NCBI RefSeq assembly: GCF_000148385.1 | Contig: NC_014537.1 | Coordinates: 2,190,001-2,222,000 of the forward strand | DNA length: 32,000 nucleotides | From: Vulcanisaeta distributa DSM 14429 | GTDB lineage: Archaea > Thermoproteota > Thermoprotei > Thermoproteales > Thermocladiaceae | Direction: 5' to 3' | Part shown: piece after piece, positions 9,767-18,905 of the stretch | Layout: each line of letters begins with the position of its first letter | Position numbering within the stretch: position 1 is the first letter of the stretch | The notes under the pieces: model-generated | Database searches by the model: none | The model's input: only the letters and a program-made list of their open reading frames with translations | Told to the model about the DNA's origin: nothing | Made by a program: the position numbers and the translations under genes

Positions 9767-10525
9767 TTACTTAACGACCCTTACCTCCTTAATGAACCCC
9801 TGCTTCATTAACTCACCAACTATGTTCCTGATGCTCCTTATCGTTAATTGTGTCTTATTCGATATCTCCTCAATGGATCTATTACCATCAATTAGCTCGA
9901 GAATCTCCAGGTACTTCTCGTTAAGTTGAGTATTCTTCAATTTCTCCTCTAAACCCTCAATGGGTACTGGTATTTCAAGACCAGGTATTTTGTATAGGTA
10001 GATCTTATGGCTTCTCCACTCCTCATAGAGGTCCTCCACAATTAATGGCTTCCAACCAGGCACCTCAAAGTCGTGAGACACAACCCTAGTACTTGGCTTT
10101 AACTCACGTTCAAGCTTAGGCTTTATTCTCTCATTAACGCTTGTGAGTAGGTACATCGTAACCACATCAGCCTCAGATAAGTCCTCCTCGAAGAAGTTCC
10201 CATAAATCACGCGAACCCTATCCTCGAGCCCAAGGTCCCTAACCCTCCTGAGGGTTTGTTCATATAGATCCTTCCTAATTTCAATGCATGCAGCCTGGGC
10301 CCCAAATTCCCTGGCGGCCATTATGACGATCCTACCGTCGCCACAACCAAGGTCATAAACAACCTCATCCCTTTTAACATTAGCCAATTGGAGCATTCTC
10401 CTAACCACGACCTCTGGCGTAGGTACAAATGGGACATCGTAAGGCATATTGAAATACGGGAAGAAATCAGAGCTATAAATATCCTTCTCTAGTGTACTTT
10501 CATAATAATCGTCGAAGTCGCTCAC
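9767..10525 (-). CDS. Class I SAM-dependent methyltransferase resembling the crenarchaeal protein-lysine methyltransferase aKMT, fused to a C-terminal winged-helix domain
   Basis: VPFVPTPEVVVRRML, SAM motif I VYDLGCGDGRI, DVVTMYLL and TRVVSHDF. The C-terminal ~80 aa (LEILELIDGNRSIEEISNKTQLTIRSIRNIVGELMKQGFIKE) look like a wHTH. The GTG start overlaps the upstream stop (GTGA). Confidence 0.8.
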   Translation of the reverse strand: MSDFDDYYESTLEKDIYSSDFFPYFNMPYDVPFVPTPEVVVRRMLQLANVKRDEVVYDLGCGDGRIVIMAAREFGAQAACIEIRKDLYEQTLRRVRDLGLEDRVRVIYGNFFEEDLSEADVVTMYLLTSVNERIKPKLERELKPSTRVVSHDFEVPGWKPLIVEDLYEEWRSHKIYLYKIPGLEIPVPIEGLEEKLKNTQLNEKYLEILELIDGNRSIEEISNKTQLTIRSIRNIVGELMKQGFIKEVRVVK

Positions 10526-10983
10526 GAACCCTCATTACCAATCCTACTTATTATTTTTACCCTGATTCCGTCACTGCCATAATCAAGGTCGAGGTCAACA
10601 AAACCCCTCTTCTTGAGGATCTTAATCGTATCAATGAGTAATTGCCTTTCCTGGGGTGTTACTTTGGCTAGGGCATCGTTTAAGTCCTCAGAACTACTGA
10701 TTATACTAAGGTACTTCCTTATTAATACCGAGTTTAGATTCATTAGTGCTGGGTTACCCTCAAGTATTAACTCGCGAATTGCGGAATCCGTAATCGAGTA
10801 TATGCCCATTAATACGTCTGATAACGATACGCATTTAGTAATTACGTCATTTATCAATGACGATAATTCCGATAATTCAGGGTACTTAGTCTCCAGCCTA
10901 CTAATTAACATCCTTAATTCACTCATTTTTTCAATTAAGTCCATGTATACGCCGTGACTAGGAACAAAAATTAAACTAACCAC
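10522..10983 (-). CDS. Hypothetical helical protein, translationally coupled to the methyltransferase gene
   Basis: ORF only, with a 4-nt overlap onto the downstream gene. An internal Met near 10944 is an alternative start. Confidence 0.5.
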   Translation of the reverse strand: MVSLIFVPSHGVYMDLIEKMSELRMLISRLETKYPELSELSSLINDVITKCVSLSDVLMGIYSITDSAIRELILEGNPALMNLNSVLIRKYLSIISSSEDLNDALAKVTPQERQLLIDTIKILKKRGFVDLDLDYGSDGIRVKIISRIGNEGS

Positions 10984-11007
10984 TAAATAACAACGAAATA
11001 TAGCAAG

Positions 11008-12255
11008 TCACTGCAGAATCCTGACCAACCTACTTGATACCGATGGGTGTGAGGCGAAGACGCTCAACCTCCTACGCACTAATTCGTTGTGTAATTCCTT
11101 CCAGGTGACTCTAATTAACGCCATGGCAAGGCTTCTCCTAGGTACGAACTTAAGTGCATACTTATCCGCTGAGTACTCACTTAGCTTCATTACAGAGACT
11201 ATGCCGAATACTTCAAGGAGGATTGCGATTATGAGGATTGGTATTGCTGGTAGGCTCATTAATGGTATTATGTATGTTATTAACGCAATATTCACCAACT
11301 GAGCCAGTGATATTAGGAAGAGCGTTTTCGCGGAATCGCCGTGGATTATGTGACCAACCTCGTGCATTATTACGGCGGCTAATTCATCAGTATTTAAGCA
11401 CGATACAAGTCTTGAGGTTAAGATTATGTAATTGATGCCAGGTAATCCTATGGATGCGGCATTACATTGATTCACATTAACTAGGTAAATACCATAATTA
11501 CCCTTAATACCCAATTTCTTAATTAATGAGTTAACATCAATCTCCTCCTCATAGAAACTTTGCGGTCTCGTCCTAGCATCATTAACCAACGAAATTAGGA
11601 ACCTCCTGATCTCATTTAATGACCTCGTGTTTTCAATCCTAGATAAAAACCGCAGAGCCTCATTGAACCTCCTCTCCTCAAAATCACTATACTCTAAAAC
11701 GAACTTTATGATTCGTGAATCCCTTAAATCACCATGCCTTACCCTTAACTGAAGGATGTATGAGTAAATTATTGGTATGAGAAGTGGCGAGAGGAGCAGT
11801 ATTATTATTAGGTGTATTGATGGTATTACATTAATGATTCTCAACACGGCAACAACTATTGATAATGCCATGATTGAGATTAACATAAGCCCTATTAAAC
11901 CAATTGATGGTGAGTAGGACCTTGGCAGATCATTGACCCTATAAACCCTATTACCCCTCTGCAACAGAAGTATTGTTATTCTACGCATGCCGTCAGTACC
12001 CAGGTACCTTAGGACCAACGCATTTACGAGGTCCCTCATCTTACCGTGACCCTTAACCCTAACCTCATGGTTAATACTTAATTCTGCATCCCCATTACTC
12101 CCATGAACCATTAACCTGGCAACCTCGCCATTGATTTCCTTAGCCGCGTATGTTAACCCAGCAATCCTCAATAAATAATCCTCTACGTAATTAATTAGGG
12201 ATTGAGGATCTTTAATTAAATCACGGATTACCCGATATGTTTTTATTCCCACCAT
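11008..12255 (-). CDS. Membrane zinc metalloprotease, M48 (HtpX/Ste24-like) or M56-like family
   Basis: HEXXH motif in AAVIMHEVGHIIHGD flanked by several hydrophobic helices, plus an N-terminal ~120-aa soluble domain. Confidence 0.75.
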   Translation of the reverse strand: MVGIKTYRVIRDLIKDPQSLINYVEDYLLRIAGLTYAAKEINGEVARLMVHGSNGDAELSINHEVRVKGHGKMRDLVNALVLRYLGTDGMRRITILLLQRGNRVYRVNDLPRSYSPSIGLIGLMLISIMALSIVVAVLRIINVIPSIHLIIILLLSPLLIPIIYSYILQLRVRHGDLRDSRIIKFVLEYSDFEERRFNEALRFLSRIENTRSLNEIRRFLISLVNDARTRPQSFYEEEIDVNSLIKKLGIKGNYGIYLVNVNQCNAASIGLPGINYIILTSRLVSCLNTDELAAVIMHEVGHIIHGDSAKTLFLISLAQLVNIALITYIIPLMSLPAIPILIIAILLEVFGIVSVMKLSEYSADKYALKFVPRRSLAMALIRVTWKELHNELVRRRLSVFASHPSVSSRLVRILQ

Positions 12256-12679
12256 TCGTGGCTGTCTGTGCTAGGTTTATTTTTTGGGCATTAGCTAATT
12301 CCCTCAACATATTTATACTTGTATTACTCCTCCTCGCTGACTTATAACCATCAATGAAGGAGAGTATTTCATGGACATTATTATGCTCAAGAATTAACCA
12401 GAACTCCGTATTCCTCATTATACCGTAAACCTTACCCCTGGCGCTCCTCTTAATAACCCTAATGAGACCAAGCTCAACGAGTTCCTCAAGGAAGTTCCTA
12501 ACTATTACCGACTCTGAGCGTGGACTCTTCCTAGTCCAGATTGATATGTCCTGGGCAACCTTTGCAGGTCTAAAGGTTATTAATTGACCCTTTGCGTTGA
12601 GGACCATGTCCTTTAACATTTGGAGTATTAGGATTTTTACCTTCTTTGTGTCCACCATTAAATTTTCCGAGGCTGTCAT
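12221..12679 (-). CDS. Winged-helix DNA-binding protein (putative transcriptional regulator)
   Basis: wHTH-like segment AKVAQDISIWTRKSPRSESVIVRNFLEELVELGLIRVIKRSARGKVYGI. Its 3' end overlaps the protease gene start by 35 nt. Confidence 0.55.
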   Translation of the reverse strand: MTASENLMVDTKKVKILILQMLKDMVLNAKGQLITFRPAKVAQDISIWTRKSPRSESVIVRNFLEELVELGLIRVIKRSARGKVYGIMRNTEFWLILEHNNVHEILSFIDGYKSARRSNTSINMLRELANAQKINLAQTATNGGNKNISGNP

Positions 12680-12784
12680 CAGGGCACCAGGGTTCCCGTA
12701 TATATCTGCTTAAATAAATAAATTGAGAATTGGAGACACTTCCGTAATTAATAAACGTTAGAGTTTCATGGAATCTCTTTATAA

Positions 12785-14200
12785 TTAAACGTGTGAGTTA
12801 TTTTTCAATTTACCATCAAGCTCCAGTATCTTTTCAATGAGTTTCTCATCTGCATCTAATATTCTTTCTATTTCATTGATCTTATCACGTAAATTAGCAA
12901 CCTCCCTTTCCAACTCCATTATCTGCTTCCTAAATATGGAATCGCCATTATTAATTACTGAACCATTAATTAATACGGCGTCATTAACGGGATTAACCTG
13001 CTTCATAGGTGCTCTACCGTCCTCTTCATCCCTACTATTTAAGTCCTCACTCACCTTAGTATTAACGGTCTTAGTCTCATTACCATTCACTCCATCGTTC
13101 AACCTTTCATTAAATCCATTATTACCCACTGAGGAAGTGACCTCCTGAGACGAAGCATTTCTAAGGTCATTGTGCCCTCTAATTATTACATGGGTTGGCT
13201 CAATAACTGCCTTTAACGGTCTCACCTTAGTAATGCCCTTACTTGTTATTACTAATGCCTCCTCCGTAGATATCTCGCTCAACTTATTAATTAAGTTCCT
13301 GGAAAACGCCACCCCTTCATCCAGGAGATCAGGATTTATCTTAAACAGCACTATATTGCAATGCTTTAATATTGATGATTTAGGAACGGCATTACTAACT
13401 AGGATTGTCCTCAACCCATACTTCGCCAACTCCATTATTATATGATCAATGATTGAGTAAGTGGGGCCGCCCATATCGAGTATGTTCTGAGCCTCCTCAA
13501 TAATCAATACATGCCTAACGCCCTTCTCAATCAAGCCCCTCCTCATATAATGCATGTATAGTGCAGCTAATATTAGCGATGAGACGAGCCTCTTCTCCTC
13601 AATAATTGTTAAGTCACTGAGATCTATAACCGCGTCACCCTCCATGAGCGATTCAATGCTCACAATACCCTTGCCGATATTCATAGCCGAGTACTCAAGC
13701 CTCCTAAGTATGGCAGCCTTCATCTCAGCCTCCGTCCTCGTGCTAACGAGATAATTATCTATCTTGCTTATTAGGTCACTGAAACTCGTGTAATTTCCGT
13801 CACGAATCATCCTATAAAGCATGTACATACTCGGCTCATTAAGTCCCAAGCCAAAACCCAGTATCTCGGTTAGCAACTTCGGCGGTATCTTCTCAAGGTC
13901 TATGTTAATTGCTGAAGTGGGTAACGTTGGTAATAGGCCTGCGTATTCACCGTGCCAGTCCAATACGGTGACCACATACTTTCGATGAAGCTCCCTAATC
14001 ATGGCCTTAACAAGCGATGACTTACCACCCCTAGTAGGGCCCAATATACAGAGGTGTTTATCAAGTGGCACTTTATAGGGTATCATGAAGCGCGTGCCTA
14101 CTGTAACGTTATCGCCAAGGAACTCCTTTGCTAATGATGCAACAACTAATGAGGCAGGTATTGCTATTGCACTAATGCTTAATATGTCCATAGGCTTCAT
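12785..14200 (-). CDS. HerA/FtsK-superfamily P-loop ATPase (DUF87-like) with an N-terminal hydrophobic anchor and a C-terminal Asn-rich linker plus coiled coil
   Basis: Walker A LGPTRGGKSS followed by VLDWHGEY, and Walker B HVLIIEEAQ. N-terminus ILSISAIAIPASLVVASLA. C-terminus IMELEREVANLRDKINEIERILDADEKLIEKILEL. Confidence 0.75.
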   Translation of the reverse strand: MKPMDILSISAIAIPASLVVASLAKEFLGDNVTVGTRFMIPYKVPLDKHLCILGPTRGGKSSLVKAMIRELHRKYVVTVLDWHGEYAGLLPTLPTSAINIDLEKIPPKLLTEILGFGLGLNEPSMYMLYRMIRDGNYTSFSDLISKIDNYLVSTRTEAEMKAAILRRLEYSAMNIGKGIVSIESLMEGDAVIDLSDLTIIEEKRLVSSLILAALYMHYMRRGLIEKGVRHVLIIEEAQNILDMGGPTYSIIDHIIMELAKYGLRTILVSNAVPKSSILKHCNIVLFKINPDLLDEGVAFSRNLINKLSEISTEEALVITSKGITKVRPLKAVIEPTHVIIRGHNDLRNASSQEVTSSVGNNGFNERLNDGVNGNETKTVNTKVSEDLNSRDEEDGRAPMKQVNPVNDAVLINGSVINNGDSIFRKQIMELEREVANLRDKINEIERILDADEKLIEKILELDGKLKNNSHV

Positions 14201-14245
14201 TATGAAGATCCCAGCAGGACTTATAAGGCACTATGAGGATCTCAT

Positions 14246-15841
14246 TCATCGCCATAATGAGGCTTTTAGGAATTGAAGCAGCTTCATAGGCCTCATCCTA
14301 GACATAAGCCACTTAGGCATGTACCTTCTATAACGGTAAAACCTCCCATCGAGTAGAACCGCGACCTTCTTATGCCTATCTAAATCCCTCAGCAATCTAC
14401 CGATTATTTGCGTTGTCGTTGATATTGCTGGGAATAGGTACGTGGTCGTAAATCCATTAATCCCAAGCCTTTTATAATAATGAGACTTTAGGAAACCCCA
14501 CTGACTATATTGAGGGAGTGGAAACCCAATGATCATGACCCCGACCAACTCCTGCTCAAGAAAGTTCACACCTTCACCAATTGGGTTTTGGGCATATGTT
14601 ATTACTAATGACTTGGTAACCCTGGCGCTCTCCTTAAATGTCCCAATGGCATTTACAGCCTCAGAGCTATTCCTAAGCACGAAGGTTGGTACTCCCCAAA
14701 CAGGTGGTGCGTATTGATTAACGTAGGAATCCAGATACTCAATACTTGGAAAGAAGATGGCTAAGCCACCGGTTGGTGGTGATGACTCAATGAAGACCTT
14801 AATACTTCTATTAACGATGTCCAGGTACTCCCTTAACAACCTATTTCTATGCGTGAACTCTACATCAACTATGGATAGAACGCTAAGGTTTTCTCGGTAT
14901 TCCCTTGGTAGGGAATCCACCGCCACGTAGTATGAAGGCTTAGAGTAAATACTCATGATGTAGGAAAACCTCCTACCAATAGATGCCGTCAGAAAAAGAG
15001 CTCTTTGTGACCTCATTATTAAGTCATGAATAGGTTTAAGCGAGAGACACCTCAGCCTAACAAGCTTACCATCATACGTGAATGCGCACAGGTCATTTCC
15101 AAAGTGCGTCAGTATTTCAATGACCTTATCATTAATTAATTCCGACCCCTTTAACAAATCATCAATATCAAATCTCCTCAAAACCACAACCTCCCTCTGC
15201 GGTGTATAATTACCCACCCTATCAAGTAACTTATTGGCTATGTCATTACCATGCGATGCCCATTGTCTCAACTCATCAATGCTTATACTCACTGACTCCT
15301 CAAGACCCGCAGCAACGTTGTGGAATTCGTCAATTATCACGAGAGGTTTGTTCCAGGTATTGATTATGTTCATTAACTTACCGTAAAGTTCGGGGCTCGA
15401 TAGGTATGCGTGGGTTGATATTACTATGGGTAGTTGATAGGCAAGAGCCTCATTAACCTCGTATGGGCATAAACCATCATTAAATAGGTCAAGGGAATTA
15501 CAGGTCATCACAGACGACGATACCTCAGTCTTCCTAACCCTACACTTACCACTCAACCTATATAGAAGACATTGCTTCGAGTTACGTGCATTAAATGGGC
15601 ACATTGATTCCCTGCCAAGGAATAATGATACCCTATCCCTAATACCAACTTGTCTCGTGAATTCACAAAGCTGTAGCGCCTCTGCTCTAGACCTAGTTAT
15701 TATTAGTGCCTGGCCGCCATCGTTGATCCACCTCTTGGCTATCGTCACTGCTATCCTGGATTTACCAAAACCGGGGTATGCATTTAGTAGGATTACGTCT
15801 TTTTCCCTCAGCATTGAGTATACGTAATCGGCAATATCCAT
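14246..15841 (-). CDS. XPD/Rad3-family (DinG-like) superfamily-2 helicase with an FeS-cluster domain; divergent paralog
   Basis: Walker A AYPGFGKS, DEAH-like box IIDEFHN, and Cys-rich insert CPF..QCLL..GKCRV..TCNS..GLCPYE between motifs I and II. C-terminal motifs FFPS, GEGVNF, IIGFPLPQ and QIIGRLLRD parallel archaeal XPD. Confidence 0.8.
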   Translation of the reverse strand: MDIADYVYSMLREKDVILLNAYPGFGKSRIAVTIAKRWINDGGQALIITRSRAEALQLCEFTRQVGIRDRVSLFLGRESMCPFNARNSKQCLLYRLSGKCRVRKTEVSSSVMTCNSLDLFNDGLCPYEVNEALAYQLPIVISTHAYLSSPELYGKLMNIINTWNKPLVIIDEFHNVAAGLEESVSISIDELRQWASHGNDIANKLLDRVGNYTPQREVVVLRRFDIDDLLKGSELINDKVIEILTHFGNDLCAFTYDGKLVRLRCLSLKPIHDLIMRSQRALFLTASIGRRFSYIMSIYSKPSYYVAVDSLPREYRENLSVLSIVDVEFTHRNRLLREYLDIVNRSIKVFIESSPPTGGLAIFFPSIEYLDSYVNQYAPPVWGVPTFVLRNSSEAVNAIGTFKESARVTKSLVITYAQNPIGEGVNFLEQELVGVMIIGFPLPQYSQWGFLKSHYYKRLGINGFTTTYLFPAISTTTQIIGRLLRDLDRHKKVAVLLDGRFYRYRRYMPKWLMSRMRPMKLLQFLKASLWR

Positions 15842-15883
15842 TATCCAATAAGATGTTGCCCAAGCAAGTTAATTAGGCACTAA

Positions 15884-16306
15884 TTATGCGGAGGGTTCGT
15901 AAATCCGCGTCTTAGAACCCTCAAGGAACTTCTTCTTTATATTCTTCATGTTCTCGAGAGCGCTGTTAATTGCATTAAGTACCTTCGGGTCTGTATTGAC
16001 CTCATCAAGGTCCTTACAATTGTTTAGTACCTTCTCGAATAAATCATCGACTATCTTATCAGGGAGCCTTTCAAGAGCCTCACCATAGATCTTTGGTAAT
16101 TCATTGCTTATGAATTCCACAACGTCATTGACATCCTTCCAATTATCCTCAGCCTGCCTAATTATTGACAGTATGGTCTCTAGACTATACCTCTCATCAG
16201 CCGATAATTTAGAGTCATCAAGCTCAAGGTAAGCCCTATTTAGGCAGTACCTAACGAACCTATAGATTAATGGGTTAATACTGAGTGCCGACATCGAGTT
16301 ACGCAA
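15884..16306 (-). CDS. Hypothetical acidic helical protein
   Basis: ORF only. It is co-directional with the XPD-like gene and sits 42 nt upstream of it. Confidence 0.5.
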   Translation of the reverse strand: MRNSMSALSINPLIYRFVRYCLNRAYLELDDSKLSADERYSLETILSIIRQAEDNWKDVNDVVEFISNELPKIYGEALERLPDKIVDDLFEKVLNNCKDLDEVNTDPKVLNAINSALENMKNIKKKFLEGSKTRIYEPSA

Positions 16307-16399
16307 TAATGGCTCTTTAAAAACCTATACTTAACGCCCAGCCCCATTAAATTAAATAAATTAATTTATAGGGGTGGTTAATCATGAGGTTGGGAAGCC

Positions 16400-17158
16400 T
16401 TGATCGACACGCATGCGCATTTAAGTAGGTGGGATGTGTATGATCATGCGGATGAGTTGGTAAGGGAGGCTCGTAGGGAGGGATTATTGGCCATAATTAA
16501 TGTGACCATGAGACTCAATGAGGTAGGGAATGCACTTAGTTTAGTGAGTAGGTATGGTGGGTTTGTTTATACTGCGTTGGGTTATGATTATGGCGGCTTC
16601 GATATTAGGGAGGTTCAGGAAATCATGAGGGTTATTAATGAGAGGAGGAACTTGATTGTTGGTATTGGTGAGGTTGGGCTTGACTATAGTGTTGTTAGGG
16701 ATAGAATGCTTAGGGAGATTTCACGACACATATTCACTAAGTGGATAATGCTTGCCAGGGACCTTGATTTACCACTGATAATTCATTCGAGGGACGCTGA
16801 AGACGATGTTATCAAGTTATTGAGTAGGTATGGGCCGGTTAAATGCGTAATGCACGCATTCAATGGCAGTAAAGAGCAGGTAATGAAATTACTTGAGCTT
16901 GGTTGTTACTTCTCAATACCACCAACCATAACCAGGTCTAGGCAGAAGAGGGATTTGGCCATGATGCTGCCTCTAAATAGGATACTCCTTGAGAGCGATA
17001 CACCTGAGCTTGGGCCTAGTCCTGGTGAGGTGTCGAGACCAGTACACATTAAGGTAACTCTGACGGAGCTCTCAAGTATTCTAAATATTAATGTAACAGA
17101 GCTGAGTAATATCATTGTTGAGAACACATTATCGGTCTTTCAACTCGGTAAGAGGTGA
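16400..17158 (+). CDS. TatD-family metal-dependent hydrolase/deoxyribonuclease
   Basis: N-terminal IDTHAHL metal-binding motif, then GEVGLDY, IIHSRDA, MHAF and ESDTP blocks. TTG start. Confidence 0.85.
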   Translation: MIDTHAHLSRWDVYDHADELVREARREGLLAIINVTMRLNEVGNALSLVSRYGGFVYTALGYDYGGFDIREVQEIMRVINERRNLIVGIGEVGLDYSVVRDRMLREISRHIFTKWIMLARDLDLPLIIHSRDAEDDVIKLLSRYGPVKCVMHAFNGSKEQVMKLLELGCYFSIPPTITRSRQKRDLAMMLPLNRILLESDTPELGPSPGEVSRPVHIKVTLTELSSILNINVTELSNIIVENTLSVFQLGKR

Positions 17159-17210
17159 GTCAGTCCTGCGTGGTCTCTTCATGATTCATCTCTCCGGTCC
17201 TCATCACCCA
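17158..17210 (-). ncRNA. C/D-box sRNA candidate
   Basis: Read on the minus strand: C box GTGATGA (17207-17201), 12 nt, D'-like TGAA, 2-nt linker, C' ATGAAGA, 12 nt, D box CTGA (17163-17160). It abuts the tatD-like stop codon. Confidence 0.55.
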
Positions 17211-17282
17211 TTTAATAGTTTCCTGGAGGGAGGTAATAAATAATTTATTAATTCTATCATGGTTATTAGCTGAGGAATTGTC

Positions 17283-17825
17283 ATGAGGATTATTGATAAG
17301 GTCATTGAGGTATTGAGGAATAGGGGGTTTAAGATTAGGGTTGTTCGTGATGACTCAATAAAGGCTGACCTCAATAGGTTAAGGGCTAAGGTTTGGGTTG
17401 TTCCCGGGGATTACTTTCCATGGTGGTCTAACCCACTCGACATGATTGAGGAGCTGGATCTTAATGATATTAATGCATTATTTGTTATTTCTGAGAGGCC
17501 TTATGTAATTAGTGATTATATCATGAATAATTTATCTAGGGCTCGTTATTGGTTTAATAAGGAGTTGAATATTAAGGTATACGCAATAAATATCGATAGG
17601 CTTGAGGAGGACTTGGAGGATGGTATTAACCTTGCAATAACGAACTTTTACAGGGAGGTCAGTAACGTAATGCTGAGGGGAAATGCCTGCCCTAGCTGCG
17701 GTTCACCAATGGCCCTAATGTACTCCTCAAGATATTACTCACGCAGGTGGAGGACATGGGTTAATGAGTATGTTGAGGTTTGTGAGAAGTGCAAGGTAAT
17801 TTCCCATAGATTAACCCTTTCATGA
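17283..17825 (+). CDS. Hypothetical protein with a C-terminal zinc ribbon
   Basis: CPSCGS ... CEKCK four-Cys ribbon at the C-terminus. I do not recognise the N-terminal ~120-aa domain. Confidence 0.5.
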   Translation: MRIIDKVIEVLRNRGFKIRVVRDDSIKADLNRLRAKVWVVPGDYFPWWSNPLDMIEELDLNDINALFVISERPYVISDYIMNNLSRARYWFNKELNIKVYAINIDRLEEDLEDGINLAITNFYREVSNVMLRGNACPSCGSPMALMYSSRYYSRRWRTWVNEYVEVCEKCKVISHRLTLS

Positions 17826-17896
17826 TTATAACAGTGGATTTTACCCAAAATAATACTTATTAACCACTAAGGTGATAACCTATAGAAGCAGGTTTT

Positions 17897-18382
17897 ATGC
17901 CTGGTTTACCATTTATGCCGTTAGATGCAAGGTTCGCAGATGTGCTTGGATTAATAGATACGCTCGCCAATGAGTTTAAGGGACAAGCCGACATATTCAT
18001 GATCGCGAAGGAGATGGAGTCGGATATTGATGATTTAATTCCGGCACTTAATGCCGCCGTTTACCTTGGGTTTGTCGAGGTTAAGGGTGGTGATGTTAAG
18101 ATTACGAATGAGGGTAAGGAATTCCTCAATGCCAAGATTAGTGATAGGAAGAAGATACTTCGGCAAAAGTTGCTTAATCTTGAGCCGTTTCACACAGCCT
18201 ATAACCTGGGGTTACGTAAGCCCTTCACCATCGATGATCTTATCGAGGAATTGAATGAGAAGGGCTACGTAGAGGCCAGGGAGCCAGGCATTAGACATTT
18301 ACTCGAAATATTGCTGGCTGAGTGGGGCGTATTCGCCGGCATGCTTAAGAGGAGGGGTGATGTGTACATTGCAATACCATGA
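17897..18382 (+). CDS. Stand-alone protein resembling the C-terminal AAA-associated domain of NitT/TauT-type ABC ATPases
   Basis: The pattern DVLGLIDTLA...ADIFMIAKEMESDIDDLIPALNAAVYLGFVEVKGGDVKITNEGKEFL...RKKIL matches that domain as I remember it. Confidence 0.45.
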   Translation: MPGLPFMPLDARFADVLGLIDTLANEFKGQADIFMIAKEMESDIDDLIPALNAAVYLGFVEVKGGDVKITNEGKEFLNAKISDRKKILRQKLLNLEPFHTAYNLGLRKPFTIDDLIEELNEKGYVEAREPGIRHLLEILLAEWGVFAGMLKRRGDVYIAIP

Positions 18383-18388
18383 ATTAAA

Positions 18389-18868
18389 TCATTTGTTGAC
18401 CTTTACAAAAACCATTCCCGAGACGATCACCTCCTCAATAACACCATCATTTAGTAATTGATTATAGATTAATCGCCAATTATCAGAAACATTACTACTG
18501 AGCCACTCCTCAAATTGGGGCTTTGGTATCATTCCCTGAATCTCACTCTTCATTTTATCCACAAGTCTCTGAAGATTCAATTTATTACCTCTACCATTAC
18601 CCGAATCGTTAATACCATTCCTGGCATTATCAGCCACGGAATTCTCAATAACCCTCCTCTTTATATAAAACGTGCCATCTAACGTACTATACATTACCTC
18701 AAAGAAGCCAGACCTACTCAATTTATTTATTAAATCAATATTCATCTTTATACCCAGTAAGTGCTCCACCTCTTCAATACTAACCCACCTATCATCAATA
18801 ACCCCCATCAACCTTTTTATCAAATCGTCACTTACTACCAATGTCATGCGTGAAGTGTTGCGTACCAA
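18389..18868 (-). CDS. Hypothetical protein, possibly wHTH-containing, with a central Asn/Gly-rich linker
   Basis: ORF only. The segments VSIEEVEHLLGIKMNIDLINKLSRSGFFEV and NARNGINDSGNGRGN are the basis for the description. Confidence 0.45.
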   Translation of the reverse strand: MVRNTSRMTLVVSDDLIKRLMGVIDDRWVSIEEVEHLLGIKMNIDLINKLSRSGFFEVMYSTLDGTFYIKRRVIENSVADNARNGINDSGNGRGNKLNLQRLVDKMKSEIQGMIPKPQFEEWLSSNVSDNWRLIYNQLLNDGVIEEVIVSGMVFVKVNK

Positions 18869-18905
18869 TATAAATCTTAAATAATTAATTTAAAAAGAAC
18901 AATCA

